In this document: positions 10,209-20,473 of the stretch, one piece after another
Position numbering within the stretch: the stretch's first letter is position 1
Layout of the letters: each line of letters begins with the position of its first letter
DNA from: Candidatus Cloacimonadales bacterium
Lineage (GTDB): Bacteria; Cloacimonadota; Cloacimonadia; Cloacimonadales; JAFGVF01
Length of the DNA stretch: 64,000 nucleotides
Direction of reading: 5' to 3'
NCBI GenBank assembly: GCA_963663475.2
Contig: CAXXJV010000002.1
Span: 32,001-96,000, forward strand
Program-made: the position numbers and the translations under genes
The notes under the pieces: model-generated
Told to the model about the DNA's origin: nothing
Database searches by the model: none
What the model saw: only the letters and a program-made list of their open reading frames with translations

Positions 10209-11177
10209 ATGAAATTTAAATCAAAACTTATCACTTTATTACTTGTTGCAATGAGCTTTAATCTCTTTGCAGCTCCAGCTGTCTTGAGTTATATGGAAAT
10301 TAATGGTCTTATTGGTGGTTCTTATCAATATATTTCAAATGATGATACAACAGACGGGAATCTCTACCTTAATAACTTTGATTTATCCCTAACCCTAGAA
10401 GCTTCAGATTTTCTCTCAGCCAATGTTTCAACTATTTATGACGATTCTATGGATTATATGGTAGTAGATGAAGCTTATGCTAAATTAAGAATTATGGAAG
10501 AGTATCCTTTAAATATTACTCTTGGTAAGCTTTATCTTCCTACAAATGTTAGTTTAGAAAATAGTAATTTTATAACAGACCCTATGACATATACCTTTAG
10601 TGAAATGCAAGATATTGCCTTAATGGCTGATTTTACTTGGTATCACACTATGCTTTCTGCTTCTTTTTATAAAGAAGATGAAGATAGCCAAACAGAAGAT
10701 ACCAATATTGATGCTTTTGTCTTGAATCTTGCTTTTGCTCATGATTATTCTGATAGCAGTTTTATGCTAAGTACTTCCTATATTTCAAATCTATATAATG
10801 CTAGTCTTTTTGAAGGTATTCAAGATGACCAAGAACTTAGTGCTATGTCTATTGCTACTTCTTTTAACTGGCAACAATTTTCTCTCTTTGGTGAGTATAT
10901 CATGACTTTAGATGAATATGAAGATGAGAAACCTAGTGCATTACATGTTGAAGCTGCTTTTCAGCTTGTAGATCAATTGAAAATTGCTGGACAGTATGGA
11001 ATGAGTCAAAAGGCTGAAGGCTTATTAAATGAAACTACTTTTGGTGGTATAGTAAATTATAAATTCATGGAAAATAGTTTCTCCTCAGCAAACCTTGCCC
11101 TAGAACAAATAATATCTAGTGATTATCAAGAAGAAACAACTAACACTACAAGCTTAAAACTAACTTATGAATTCTAA
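10209..11177 (+). CDS. Outer-membrane porin, LbtU-family-like
   Basis: Signal peptide; 'VDEAY...LGKLYLP...FITDP.T' motif; C-terminal YEF. Confidence 0.65.
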   Translation: MKFKSKLITLLLVAMSFNLFAAPAVLSYMEINGLIGGSYQYISNDDTTDGNLYLNNFDLSLTLEASDFLSANVSTIYDDSMDYMVVDEAYAKLRIMEEYPLNITLGKLYLPTNVSLENSNFITDPMTYTFSEMQDIALMADFTWYHTMLSASFYKEDEDSQTEDTNIDAFVLNLAFAHDYSDSSFMLSTSYISNLYNASLFEGIQDDQELSAMSIATSFNWQQFSLFGEYIMTLDEYEDEKPSALHVEAAFQLVDQLKIAGQYGMSQKAEGLLNETTFGGIVNYKFMENSFSSANLALEQIISSDYQEETTNTTSLKLTYEF

Positions 11178-11200
11178 AAAATAATAAGCAAATTAAGATA

Positions 11201-11224
11201 AAGGGAGTTTAAACTCCCTTTTTG
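11201..11224 (+). terminator. Rho-independent terminator
   Basis: aagggagttt/aaactccctt hairpin followed by T run. Confidence 0.75.
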
Positions 11225-11403
11225 TTTATGCCTTCAGTAGCCAGGATTGCATTTTTGTTAGCAAGCAAAAGCTACTCCTAGCAGTAAAATTATACTTAAA
11301 AATTCTATCATTCAATTAATATGCCATACTAAAATTCTCCTCTACTACTTGGGGTGAACTTCAACCAATTTTTTCACCCAATAATAATATTATTGCTTAT
11401 TTC

Positions 11404-11480
11404 ATCCTTAATCCTTCCTTTACAGTCTTTCGATGAAAAGCCGACTTTCATCGAAAGACTGTAAAGGAAGGATTAAGGAT
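11404..11480. repeat. Family B perfect palindrome (35-bp arms, 7-nt loop)
   Basis: atccttaatccttcctttacagtctttcgatgaaa-agccgac-exact reverse complement. Confidence 0.95.
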
Positions 11481-11563
11481 CTTATAGCAGTGACTGACAA
11501 AAAAAAGGCTCTTGCTCAAGTCTGCTGGTAAATAAGAAACTTTCATTATAGCATATTGCTTGA

Positions 11564-11912
11564 ATAATCCCAGATAGTGTAGTAGAGCTTTAGTGAAGAG
11601 TGACGGAAGTTGCTCACGGAGTAGCGACTTCCGACACTCTTCACCCGAAGTCCCTTGCCTACGGCTGAGGAATTCCAGTCTCCAGCAAAAAGCAGGCTCA
11701 AGTTCAAGTCAGGGATAAGTCTTGAATCCCTAAAGGGGATAAATAGTTTAGCCCGGGGTAAATTCCTGAAGGGAATGCAAGCCTGGGTACTGGTGATGAA
11801 AACAAAGCCTAACCCTGAAAGGGTTAAATAACATCATATATACCATAGACTTATTATAATCCCAAATGGTGCAATAGAGCTTTAAAGATCTACTCCACTA
11901 TTCGGGATTATA
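11564..11912. repeat. Repeat mosaic: family A half, family C (11593-11683), family E (11695-11710), family D (11712-11855), minimal family A (11855-11912)
   Basis: 11712-11884 is near-identical to 26669-26843; the family C unit matches 27921-28222. Confidence 0.85.
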
Positions 11913-12123
11913 ACTAGTTTATTTTTTGCATTTTATATCCTTTTTTATGTAGTTAGTATCCTTTTATAACCACTTCAATAATTTTTCTTACACCAACTTT
12001 AATTACTTACTTATTCTATATATGAGGAATATTGAGTTTTATCCTTGACACAAGATAGCTAATTTTTTTGTATAGAAAAAAAGACTTTTTGAAAGTGATT
12101 ATAATTTATATAGAGGAGAAAAT

Positions 12124-15100
12124 ATGAAGAAAGTGATTATTTTAATTACGATTCTTACCGCTTTTTTAACTTTATCTGCAGACAAATTTATAGAGGATGT
12201 CTTTGAAGATAATAATATCATGGTAAGTTTCAAGATGGAATCAATTGGAAACATGGATGGCACAATCGAAGTAACTTATGAAGATGGAATAGTTCAAACT
12301 CACATGGCTTCTTTTAATGATTTTGCTAAAGATTATGAAGTAACCCAAATTAAACAAGATAACCCTGATATCAAACATAAAGAATTTAACGATAATGGAA
12401 CTTATATCCAATGTCTTTATAAAATTACTATCAAAGATAACAAGAGAATCGAACAAGCACTTGATACTATCAGAAAAAATGAACATGTATTATGGGCTGA
12501 TTATGTAACTATAAACTATCTTAAATATGTTCCTAACGATACTATGTTTAACCAACTATGGTACATTATGAAGACCGAAACTGATGAAGTTTGGGACTTT
12601 GTAAGAGATTCATCTGAAATATTAATAGCTATTACTGACTCTGGTATAAAATGGAATCATCCTGATTTAAAAGAAAATATCTGGATTAATCCTGAAGAAA
12701 GTGCTGGTGCTAATATCAACTGGGATGCTGGTACATTCACAGGTGATGGTTCAGATAATGACTATAATGGAAAAACAGATGACCTTATGGGCTGGGATTT
12801 CTTTTCAAATGATAATAATCCAATGCAAGACTGGAATCACAATTATCATGGAACTCATGTGGCTGGTTGTGCTTCTGCAGAAGGTGATAATGGTATTGGT
12901 ACTGTAGGACCAGCCTTCAATGCTAAACTTCTCAACTGTAAAGGTGCATCAAATACTGCTAACTCAGAAGGTATATCTGCTGGTTACCAACAAATTACTT
13001 ATGCTGCTGATTTAGGTGCTGATATTATCAATGCCTCATGGGGTGGTCAAGCTTATAATTTAAACTATGCTAACACATATATCAACTATGCAACAAACTA
13101 TGGTTCTTTTGTAGTTGCTGCTGCTGGTAATGCTAATCAGCTTCATGGAGCTGGTTATATAGATGCTCCAGCAGACTGTCCTAATGCTTTTAATGTTGCT
13201 GCTACAAGTCAAAATGACTCTAAAGCTGATTTCTCAGATTATGGTGAACCAATCGATATTTCAGCTCCTGGTGTTGGTATCTTCTCTAGTGTGATTGAAA
13301 ATAATGGCTGGGCAAGTGCTCAAGGTACTTCAATGGCTTCACCAGTTGTTGCTGGTATTGCTGCTTTAGTGAAAGCAATTCACCCTGAACTAACTCCTGC
13401 AACTCTTAGACAAAGACTTGAAAGTACTGCTGATTATATTGATGATCTAAATCCTGGCTATGAAGGACTTCTTGGTAGTGGAAGAATCAATGCTTACACA
13501 GCTGCTTTATATGATATAGTTCCTAAAATTACTGTTGTTGACCAAGAATTATCTGAATTCAATGGTGATAATGATGGTATAGCTAATCCTGGTGAAACTG
13601 TTAATTTAAAAGTTAGACTTACTAACTTCCAAAACCTTTCAACTGGTATCTCATGGGCTACATCTCAAAATACTACAATTACTCTTAGATGTGACCATCC
13701 TGGTGTTGTAATTGAAGATTCAACAGCAACTATTGGTAATATCGTAGCAGGTAACTTTATTTGGAATGATGAAAATCCTTTCAAATTCTCAACTACTTCA
13801 GATATTACTACTGCTCCAATCGACTTTACTCTCTTTGTGCAAGCTAACCAAGATCAAGAAATTCCTTATAATAAAGAAATTCCTTTCCAGGTTTCTCTTT
13901 CACTAGATTACCCTAACTGGCCTTTCTCTTTATCAGGTCAAGCCCAATCAACTCCTATGATTTTAGATATCAATGGTGATGGTAGTGGTGAAGTTATCTT
14001 TGGTGACTTAGAAGGTAATGTTAATGTCCTTGATAATAATATGCAACAAATTGCTGGTTTCCCTGGTCAAACTGGTGCTACTATAGCTCTTCCAATAGCT
14101 GTAGGTGATTTAAATAATGATGGAAACCTTAACCTCTTTGTTGTAAATAACGATAAAGAAGCTTATGCTTTCAATAATGATGGTTCTATACTTTTTGGAC
14201 CAATCTCACTTGATAATCAAATTACTCGTGCTGCACCTATGATTGCTGATGTTAATGGTGATGGTATTGAAGATGCAGTTGTTTGTACTATGAATGGTAA
14301 ACTTCATATCTTCAATGCTGATGGTAGTGAACATGCTGGCTATCCAGTAGAATTCCCTGGTAACTTTGTCTTTAACGCTGCTCTTGCTGACCTTAATCAA
14401 AATGGTAGAAAAGAAATTATCTTACAAACTATTGCTGGAAATTTCTTAGCTATTGATTATGAAAGTCAAGAAAACATTACAGGCTTCCCTTATTCAATTG
14501 GAACTAATACCGAAGCTGCTCCTGTAATCGCTGATGTTGATAACGATGGTCACCCTGAAATTATCGCTACAGTCTCTTCTCAAGGTATCATCAAAGCTAT
14601 CAATCATGATGGCTCAGTTGAGTTTTCACATACTTTCAACAAAATAGTTAAACAAGATGTTTTAGCTTATGACTTCACTGGCGATGGTAATACTGAAATT
14701 CTTTTCACTACCTTTGATGGTTTATTCTATGTAATAGACACTGATGGTGATCCTCTTCCAAACTTCCCAGTTTATCTAGAAGCTTCTATAGAAGGTAACA
14801 TGCTTCTTTCTGATCTAGATGGAGATGGAATGGCTGCAATTATTGGTGATGTTAATGGTTTACTTCATGCTATTAAAGCTGATGGTAGTGAAGCTGGTAA
14901 TTTCCCAATGGACTTTAATGATAATTTAAAGTTTGCTCCTGCTCTTGGTGATGTTGATGGTAATGGAAACATTAATCTAGCTGTATCAAACATCGTTTCT
15001 ATGAATCTTATTGATTTAAAGAGACCTGCTTACTCTGCATGGATTATGCACAGAGGTAACCCAGGTAGAACTGGTGATATGTTCAATGCTATGACTGATA

Positions 15101-15402
15101 ATGAAGAACAAGATGTTGCAGTGGTTAATAATTCACTTTTAGGAAACTATCCTAACCCATTTAACCCTGAAACAACTATCTCATTTACCCTTAAAAATCC
15201 TGGTCATGTTACTCTTGATATCTTTAACTTAAAAGGTCAAAAAGTTAAGACTTTAGTTAATGAATATAAAGCATCAGGAAGACATGATATTGTTTGGAAT
15301 GGTACTGACCAAAATAATAGCAATGTCGCTTCAGGTATTTATTTCTACAAAATGAGAAATGGTAAATATTCTTCTACTAAGAAGATGATTTTAATGAAAT
15401 AG
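12124..15402 (+). CDS. Secreted S8 subtilisin-like serine protease with FG-GAP/VCBS repeats and FlgD-Ig/T9SS-like CTD
   Basis: Triad motifs ITDSG, HGTHVAG, GTSMASP; repeated D.(N/D)GDG..E; C-terminal NYPNPFNPETTISF...KKMILMK. Confidence 0.92.
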   Translation: MKKVIILITILTAFLTLSADKFIEDVFEDNNIMVSFKMESIGNMDGTIEVTYEDGIVQTHMASFNDFAKDYEVTQIKQDNPDIKHKEFNDNGTYIQCLYKITIKDNKRIEQALDTIRKNEHVLWADYVTINYLKYVPNDTMFNQLWYIMKTETDEVWDFVRDSSEILIAITDSGIKWNHPDLKENIWINPEESAGANINWDAGTFTGDGSDNDYNGKTDDLMGWDFFSNDNNPMQDWNHNYHGTHVAGCASAEGDNGIGTVGPAFNAKLLNCKGASNTANSEGISAGYQQITYAADLGADIINASWGGQAYNLNYANTYINYATNYGSFVVAAAGNANQLHGAGYIDAPADCPNAFNVAATSQNDSKADFSDYGEPIDISAPGVGIFSSVIENNGWASAQGTSMASPVVAGIAALVKAIHPELTPATLRQRLESTADYIDDLNPGYEGLLGSGRINAYTAALYDIVPKITVVDQELSEFNGDNDGIANPGETVNLKVRLTNFQNLSTGISWATSQNTTITLRCDHPGVVIEDSTATIGNIVAGNFIWNDENPFKFSTTSDITTAPIDFTLFVQANQDQEIPYNKEIPFQVSLSLDYPNWPFSLSGQAQSTPMILDINGDGSGEVIFGDLEGNVNVLDNNMQQIAGFPGQTGATIALPIAVGDLNNDGNLNLFVVNNDKEAYAFNNDGSILFGPISLDNQITRAAPMIADVNGDGIEDAVVCTMNGKLHIFNADGSEHAGYPVEFPGNFVFNAALADLNQNGRKEIILQTIAGNFLAIDYESQENITGFPYSIGTNTEAAPVIADVDNDGHPEIIATVSSQGIIKAINHDGSVEFSHTFNKIVKQDVLAYDFTGDGNTEILFTTFDGLFYVIDTDGDPLPNFPVYLEASIEGNMLLSDLDGDGMAAIIGDVNGLLHAIKADGSEAGNFPMDFNDNLKFAPALGDVDGNGNINLAVSNIVSMNLIDLKRPAYSAWIMHRGNPGRTGDMFNAMTDNEEQDVAVVNNSLLGNYPNPFNPETTISFTLKNPGHVTLDIFNLKGQKVKTLVNEYKASGRHDIVWNGTDQNNSNVASGIYFYKMRNGKYSSTKKMILMK

Positions 15403-15452
15403 TGTCATATGAACTAAACATTAAATAGTTAAGCAGCTAAGCTTAAATATAT

Positions 15453-15477
15453 AAAGCCTCGTGAAAACGGGGCTTTT
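15453..15477 (+). terminator. Rho-independent terminator
   Basis: aaagcctcgt-gaaa-acggggctttt hairpin. Confidence 0.7.
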
Positions 15478-15536
15478 CTTATACTCTCCTTTCCTAGCTG
15501 GATAGTGGAGATCCTCTCTGCCACAAACCAAGCTTG

Positions 15537-15626
15537 TTAAACCCGAATGGTGCAGTAGAGCTTTTTATAAAGAGTGCAGAAGAATATAGTGCTATTCACA
15601 AAGGTCTATTGCACCATTTGGGTTAA
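15537..15626. repeat. Family A element, ~90 bp form
   Basis: ttaaacccgaatggtgcagtaga ... tctattgcaccatttgggttaa terminal inverted repeats. Confidence 0.85.
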
Positions 15627-15771
15627 AAATTATTCATAAAAATAATTAATGAATTTTCCACTTGACATTTTACTCTTATCTAAAGACTAGTTCTAGAAGG
15701 GAAGAGGTCTGTATTGGAAGAATAGACCTATTTCCACAAGTGATTTATTTATATATTAAGAGGACCTACTA

Positions 15772-17781
15772 ATGATGAAATTATCTAAAAATGTATTAGT
15801 AATGTTATTAATACTTATCTGCTCACAAGCCTATTCTGACAAACTTATGATTGATGATTTTGTTTGGACAGATCAAGCTAAGTTAGACTTTTACCTTAGT
15901 CAAAGAATTACTCCTACTGACCCACCAATAAGCCCTGTAAGAGCTGTAGCTGAATTTGAACCAGCATCAGCAGTTTTAATCCGCTATCCCTTAGGGATTC
16001 CTACAAGTTTTGTGGCTCTTTTATCACAAGAAATTGAAGTTATCTGCATAGTTGAAGATAACTGGGATCAAAATCAAGCTCAATCTGCCTTCGATGCTGC
16101 AGGTGTTAATAATGATAACCTTAGCTTTATGACAGCTGATACTGATTCTTACTGGACACGTGACTATACATCTTGGTTCATTGTTGATGGGAATTATGAT
16201 ATGAGTGTTCTAAACTTTGAATATAACCGTCCTAGACCTTATGATAATCAGTTTCCTCAAGCCTTTGCCCAAACCTATAACTATCCATACTATGCTATGA
16301 ATATTGAACAAACTGGTGGTAATTTCATGACTGATGGTTATGGTATTGCTGCTTCCGCTCATATTGCCTATACAGAAAATGGTAATAATCAAACCTTAGT
16401 TAATACTACCATGGAACAGTATATGGGTATTACCAATTACATGGTAATCCAAGATCCAAACAATACTTATATAGATCATATTGATTGTTGGGGAAAATTC
16501 CTTGATGTTGATAAAGTTCTTATCAGAGAAGTTGCAACAAGTCATCCTCAATATGATGAAATTGAAGAAGTTGCTGATTATTTTGCTGCTACAAACTGCT
16601 CCTGGGGTTACCCTTATCAAGTTTTCAGAGTATATACTCCAAACGATCAACCTTATACTAACTCGCTAATCCTTAATGATAGAGTTTTTGTACCTCAAAC
16701 AGGTTCTACTTGGGACCAACAAGCTTTAGAAACTTATGAGTCTGCTATGCCAGGATATAGAATCTTTGGAGTAACAAATAATACTTATAACCCATGGGAA
16801 TCAACTGATGCCCTTCATTGCCGTACTCATGAAATTCCTGATAGAGATATGCTCTCTATTCAACATTATCCTCAATATGGAGAGGTTGAAGATGAACTAG
16901 TTACTATTGAAGCTACTGTTATTGCTCTCAGTGAAGAAGAAATCTATTCTGATTCTACTCTTGTTTATTATAAAGAAGAGGGAGCAACAAGCTGGGATTA
17001 TGCTATCCTAGAATACCAAGGTAATAATCTGTGGTCAACTGAAATTGGTCCTTTCCAAACTAATCAAGTTATTCATTACTATCTCCATTCAGCAGATGAA
17101 TCTGGTAGATCAGAAGACTATCCTTTTATAGGGGCACAAGATCCTTTCGAGTTTGTTTATACTGCTAATACTCAAGAAAATTTACCACCTGAAATTAACT
17201 TTGATCCAGTAGTCTCAATTCAAAATGACCAACTTCCTCTTGAACTAATCTGCAACGTAACTGATCCAGATGATAACTTAATGTCAGTTTCTCTCTACTA
17301 TGATATCAATGGCCAAACATCTACAATTAGCTTTTTCCCTCTTGAAGATGATACTTATAGAGTTGAATGGGATATAGACTATAATCCTGATGGTAACAAT
17401 GCTATTTCTTATAGAATTGAAGCTCAGGATAACCAAGGTCTGATGAGTGCTACTCCTGACTATCCTCTTAATCTAGTAGTGGCCAATGATGCTAATGAAG
17501 TAAATCAGGCTTTTGGCTTTAAATCTATTTATCCAAATCCTTTCAATGATAGCTCAAGTATCAAATTTACTAGTAAAGAAAATCAACAAACTATTAAAAT
17601 TTATAATATTAAAGGGCAACTGGTTAAGGAAATTAGGACAAACTCAAAGGCTGGTAGAACTTTTGATGTCAAATGGAATGGAAAAGATAGCCAAGGCAAT
17701 AAGGTTAGCACTGGTGTCTATTATTTGGTGCTAGAATCAGATAATCAAAGAGATGTAAAAAAGGTTCTAATGCTTAAGTAA
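15772..17781 (+). CDS. Secreted agmatine/peptidylarginine deiminase family protein with FlgD-Ig/T9SS-like CTD
   Basis: AEFE, WTRD, GGN, HID, LHC catalytic motifs; signal peptide; YPNPFN CTD. Confidence 0.88.
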   Translation: MMKLSKNVLVMLLILICSQAYSDKLMIDDFVWTDQAKLDFYLSQRITPTDPPISPVRAVAEFEPASAVLIRYPLGIPTSFVALLSQEIEVICIVEDNWDQNQAQSAFDAAGVNNDNLSFMTADTDSYWTRDYTSWFIVDGNYDMSVLNFEYNRPRPYDNQFPQAFAQTYNYPYYAMNIEQTGGNFMTDGYGIAASAHIAYTENGNNQTLVNTTMEQYMGITNYMVIQDPNNTYIDHIDCWGKFLDVDKVLIREVATSHPQYDEIEEVADYFAATNCSWGYPYQVFRVYTPNDQPYTNSLILNDRVFVPQTGSTWDQQALETYESAMPGYRIFGVTNNTYNPWESTDALHCRTHEIPDRDMLSIQHYPQYGEVEDELVTIEATVIALSEEEIYSDSTLVYYKEEGATSWDYAILEYQGNNLWSTEIGPFQTNQVIHYYLHSADESGRSEDYPFIGAQDPFEFVYTANTQENLPPEINFDPVVSIQNDQLPLELICNVTDPDDNLMSVSLYYDINGQTSTISFFPLEDDTYRVEWDIDYNPDGNNAISYRIEAQDNQGLMSATPDYPLNLVVANDANEVNQAFGFKSIYPNPFNDSSSIKFTSKENQQTIKIYNIKGQLVKEIRTNSKAGRTFDVKWNGKDSQGNKVSTGVYYLVLESDNQRDVKKVLMLK

Positions 17782-17797
17782 AATAAACTTTTGATTT

Positions 17798-17846
17798 ACG
17801 TCACTGGAAACCAAAATATATTGGTGAAAGTGACGTTTTTTTTTTT
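17798..17846 (+). terminator. Probable rho-independent terminator
   Basis: acgtcact...agtgacgt stem followed by a long T run. Confidence 0.6.
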
Positions 17847-18052
17847 GGCTCAAGTTCAAGTCTGGTGGGAATAATCCCAAATAATGCAGTAGATCTTTGT
17901 GAATAGCACTATATTCTTATGTAAAAGCAAAAAAACTATGGACTGAGACCATCCTTGGTCTCAGATTCTTATGTAGAAGCAAAAAAACTATGGACTGAGA
18001 CCATCCTTGGTCTCAGAATAATGTGTGTGCAAGCAAGGATACTTCCACTCCA
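17847..18052. repeat. Family E (17847-17874), family A half, then a 52-bp tandem duplication (17913-17964/17965-18016) carrying REP-like hairpin ctgagacc-atcctt-ggtctcag
   Basis: Direct comparison of the sequences; the two 52-mers differ at one position. Confidence 0.85.
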
Positions 18053-18122
18053 TATAAAATCAGCAAATACTTATAAAATACTTGCTATGACTTACCAGGA
18101 AACGTGTAGCAGTTAAATAGTT

Positions 18123-18827
18123 TTAGTTAAGATTTTCTAGATAATGTTGAATGTGTTGTAAATCATGCCAAGCAGGTAACTTATAACTGGCATTTCTTAA
18201 TAATGCTGAAGGGTGGTAGCTGACAAATGTTCTGATATTTTGATAGTAATGCTCTTTATTTCTAAAAGAACTTAAACTTGCATTTTCTTGATGGGGAAGA
18301 AGACTAGTCGCTGCTACTTTACCAAGCAAAAGAATTACTTTTGGCTTAACAATCTCTATCTGTTCAATTAGATAGGGAAGACAGGCTTCTCTTTCTGCAG
18401 GAAAGGGGTCTCTGTTATGAGGAGGATGGCATTTAACTATATTAGTTATATAAACTTGGTCTCTTTCAATATTTATGGCTTTTAACATTTTTGTAAGTAG
18501 CTGGCCAGCAGGTCCCACAAAGACTTGGCCACTTTGATCTTCTTGTTGCCCAGGCCCTTCACCTATAATCATTAAGTCTGCATTAGGATTACCTTGACCA
18601 TATACGAACTTCTTCCTATTCTCATGTAAAGGACATTTCTGACAATTACTATATTTAACTTTAAGCATATCTAGAGATGGCTTATTTGCTTGGACAATAG
18701 GGGAAGACTCTTGCTCAAATGCTTGAGAAGAAGTTTCTGCTAAATCTACTTTTTTTGATTTAATATCTCTTTTGAAAAGAAAATCTAAGCCAGATATTTT
18801 TAATAACTCCAAGTTGTAGGATTTCAT
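18123..18827 (-). CDS. Uracil-DNA glycosylase, family 4 (Fe-S)
   Basis: C..C.L, IGEGPG, TNIVKC.PP.NR.P, YHPSALLR. Confidence 0.92.
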   Translation of the reverse strand: MKSYNLELLKISGLDFLFKRDIKSKKVDLAETSSQAFEQESSPIVQANKPSLDMLKVKYSNCQKCPLHENRKKFVYGQGNPNADLMIIGEGPGQQEDQSGQVFVGPAGQLLTKMLKAINIERDQVYITNIVKCHPPHNRDPFPAEREACLPYLIEQIEIVKPKVILLLGKVAATSLLPHQENASLSSFRNKEHYYQNIRTFVSYHPSALLRNASYKLPAWHDLQHIQHYLENLN

Positions 18828-18870
18828 GATGTTAAAAAAAGCTACTCTTGATTCAGAGTAGCTAAATTAT

Positions 18871-19182
18871 TTATTCTTCTGTATTACCCATTAGGGTATT
18901 TAGCTTAATATATTCATCATCTTCATCATCATCTTCATCCATGTTTATGTTAAGCATCTCATCTCTCTTTTCAATCATAGCTTCATTACTTTCAAACATG
19001 TAATCAGGAATATGGTTTTTAGCAACATGCTCAAGTGCTTCTTCAGTAATAGTTTTCTTAAAAGCATCTTTAATTGATTGGGGTAACTTATTAATTCTCT
19101 CAATCTCTTTGTTTGCTAACAAGCAAAACATATAAGACATATCACTCTCTTCAAGAAATTTTTCTATTTCTGGGTTTATCAT
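18871..19182 (-). CDS. Hypothetical protein, probable divergent RNA polymerase omega subunit with acidic tail
   Basis: Immediately downstream of gmk; 'Y...LANK...I...K....ALE.VA...I' resembles the omega pattern. Confidence 0.5.
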   Translation of the reverse strand: MINPEIEKFLEESDMSYMFCLLANKEIERINKLPQSIKDAFKKTITEEALEHVAKNHIPDYMFESNEAMIEKRDEMLNINMDEDDDEDDEYIKLNTLMGNTEE

Positions 19183-19233
19183 AGTCTTTTCCTATCCTTT
19201 TTTATTTTCATAAACAATAATAAAATCAAGCAA

Positions 19234-19866
19234 CTATTTGTCAATATTATTATAAAATGAATGATAGATATCTCTATATCTCGATATCTTGTGCATCTCT
19301 GCCCAAATAATGTTTTTCACAGCATAGACAGCTTTTTCCAAATCATCATTTACTACTAAATAGTCATAATGATCTATCAACTCAAGTTCCTTCTTTGCAG
19401 TATTCAACCTCTTTTCTATTACCTGGTCACTATCAGTAGCCCTCTTTCTCAAGCGAGACTCTAACTCTTGACCATCAGGAGGTAAAAGAAATATCTTGAC
19501 TAATGGGCAGTCTGTCTGCTCTAATTTTAAACAACCTTGTACATCTATATCCATTATTACATACTGGCCTTCATCAAAACAGGATTGAATAAACTTACGA
19601 GATGTTCCATAGTAATTTCCAAAGACATTGGCATACTCAAGGAATTCATTATCTGCTATCTTTGCTTCAAACTCTTGATTATTTAAAAAGAAATAATCTA
19701 CTCCATCTTTTTCTTGTCCTCGAGGCATACGAGTTGTTGATGAGATAGAATAACGAATATTATCAAAGTCATTTAATACACGCTCAAGAATAGTGGATTT
19801 ACCACCACCTGAAGGTGCAGAAAGAACTATCAAGAAAGGATTTTCGGATATTTGGGTTAAACTCAT
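19234..19866 (-). CDS. gmk: Guanylate kinase
   Basis: SAPSGGGKST P-loop, TTR.PR..E.DGVDYFF, YYGT, DIDVQG. Confidence 0.97.
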   Translation of the reverse strand: MSLTQISENPFLIVLSAPSGGGKSTILERVLNDFDNIRYSISSTTRMPRGQEKDGVDYFFLNNQEFEAKIADNEFLEYANVFGNYYGTSRKFIQSCFDEGQYVIMDIDVQGCLKLEQTDCPLVKIFLLPPDGQELESRLRKRATDSDQVIEKRLNTAKKELELIDHYDYLVVNDDLEKAVYAVKNIIWAEMHKISRYRDIYHSFYNNIDK

Positions 19867-19950
19867 TTTCTCTACTTTTGTTTAAAAAAATAGAGACTGT
19901 AATATAATTCTACTAAAAGCTATTTACTACAGTCTCTATCAGATAATTTA

Positions 19951-20331
19951 TTAGTTATCGATTAATTTAGCGTATTCTTGAGCACTAAGAAGATTTTTAA
20001 CTGATTCTTCGTCTTCTAAAATTACTTTGTAAATCCAACCATCTTCATAAGGGGATTTGTTGATTAAGTCTGGTGATTCTTCAAGCTCTTCATTAACTTC
20101 TATAACTTCACCTGTTACAGGAGAGTTGATGTCTTCAACTGCTTTCACAGCTTCGATTGAACCTATTGATTCACCGGCTTCAACTTCATCTCCCACTTGT
20201 GGAAGTTCAACATATACTATGTCACCTAACTCATGAGCTGCAAATTCAGTAATACCAATAAAGGCTTCTTTACCGACGACTTTAACCCATTCGTGGGATT
20301 CAGTATAATATAGTTCTTTTGAAAATTCCAT
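19951..20331 (-). CDS. gcvH: Glycine cleavage system H protein
   Basis: HEWV, GIT..A..LGDIVYVELP, lipoyl site EAVKAV; AGGAG RBS supports ATG at 20331. Confidence 0.95.
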   Translation of the reverse strand: MEFSKELYYTESHEWVKVVGKEAFIGITEFAAHELGDIVYVELPQVGDEVEAGESIGSIEAVKAVEDINSPVTGEVIEVNEELEESPDLINKSPYEDGWIYKVILEDEESVKNLLSAQEYAKLIDN

Positions 20332-20473
20332 TTTAAATCTCCTGCTATTATTTTGATGCAAATTTCAAACTCCTATTTAATGTGTCAAGAATAAAATTTT
20401 ATCTGCCTTTTTTATTGACATATCTAAGAAAATCATTTTATTAGTACTAAATTTATTATGAGGTAAAATTCAC

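Noticed and set aside
17847-17874. Family E as a tRNA-Phe-derived attachment site (shares agttcaagtctgg with the T-arm)
   Set aside because: Only 13 bp match, it does not extend to the tRNA 3' end, and no integrase is present
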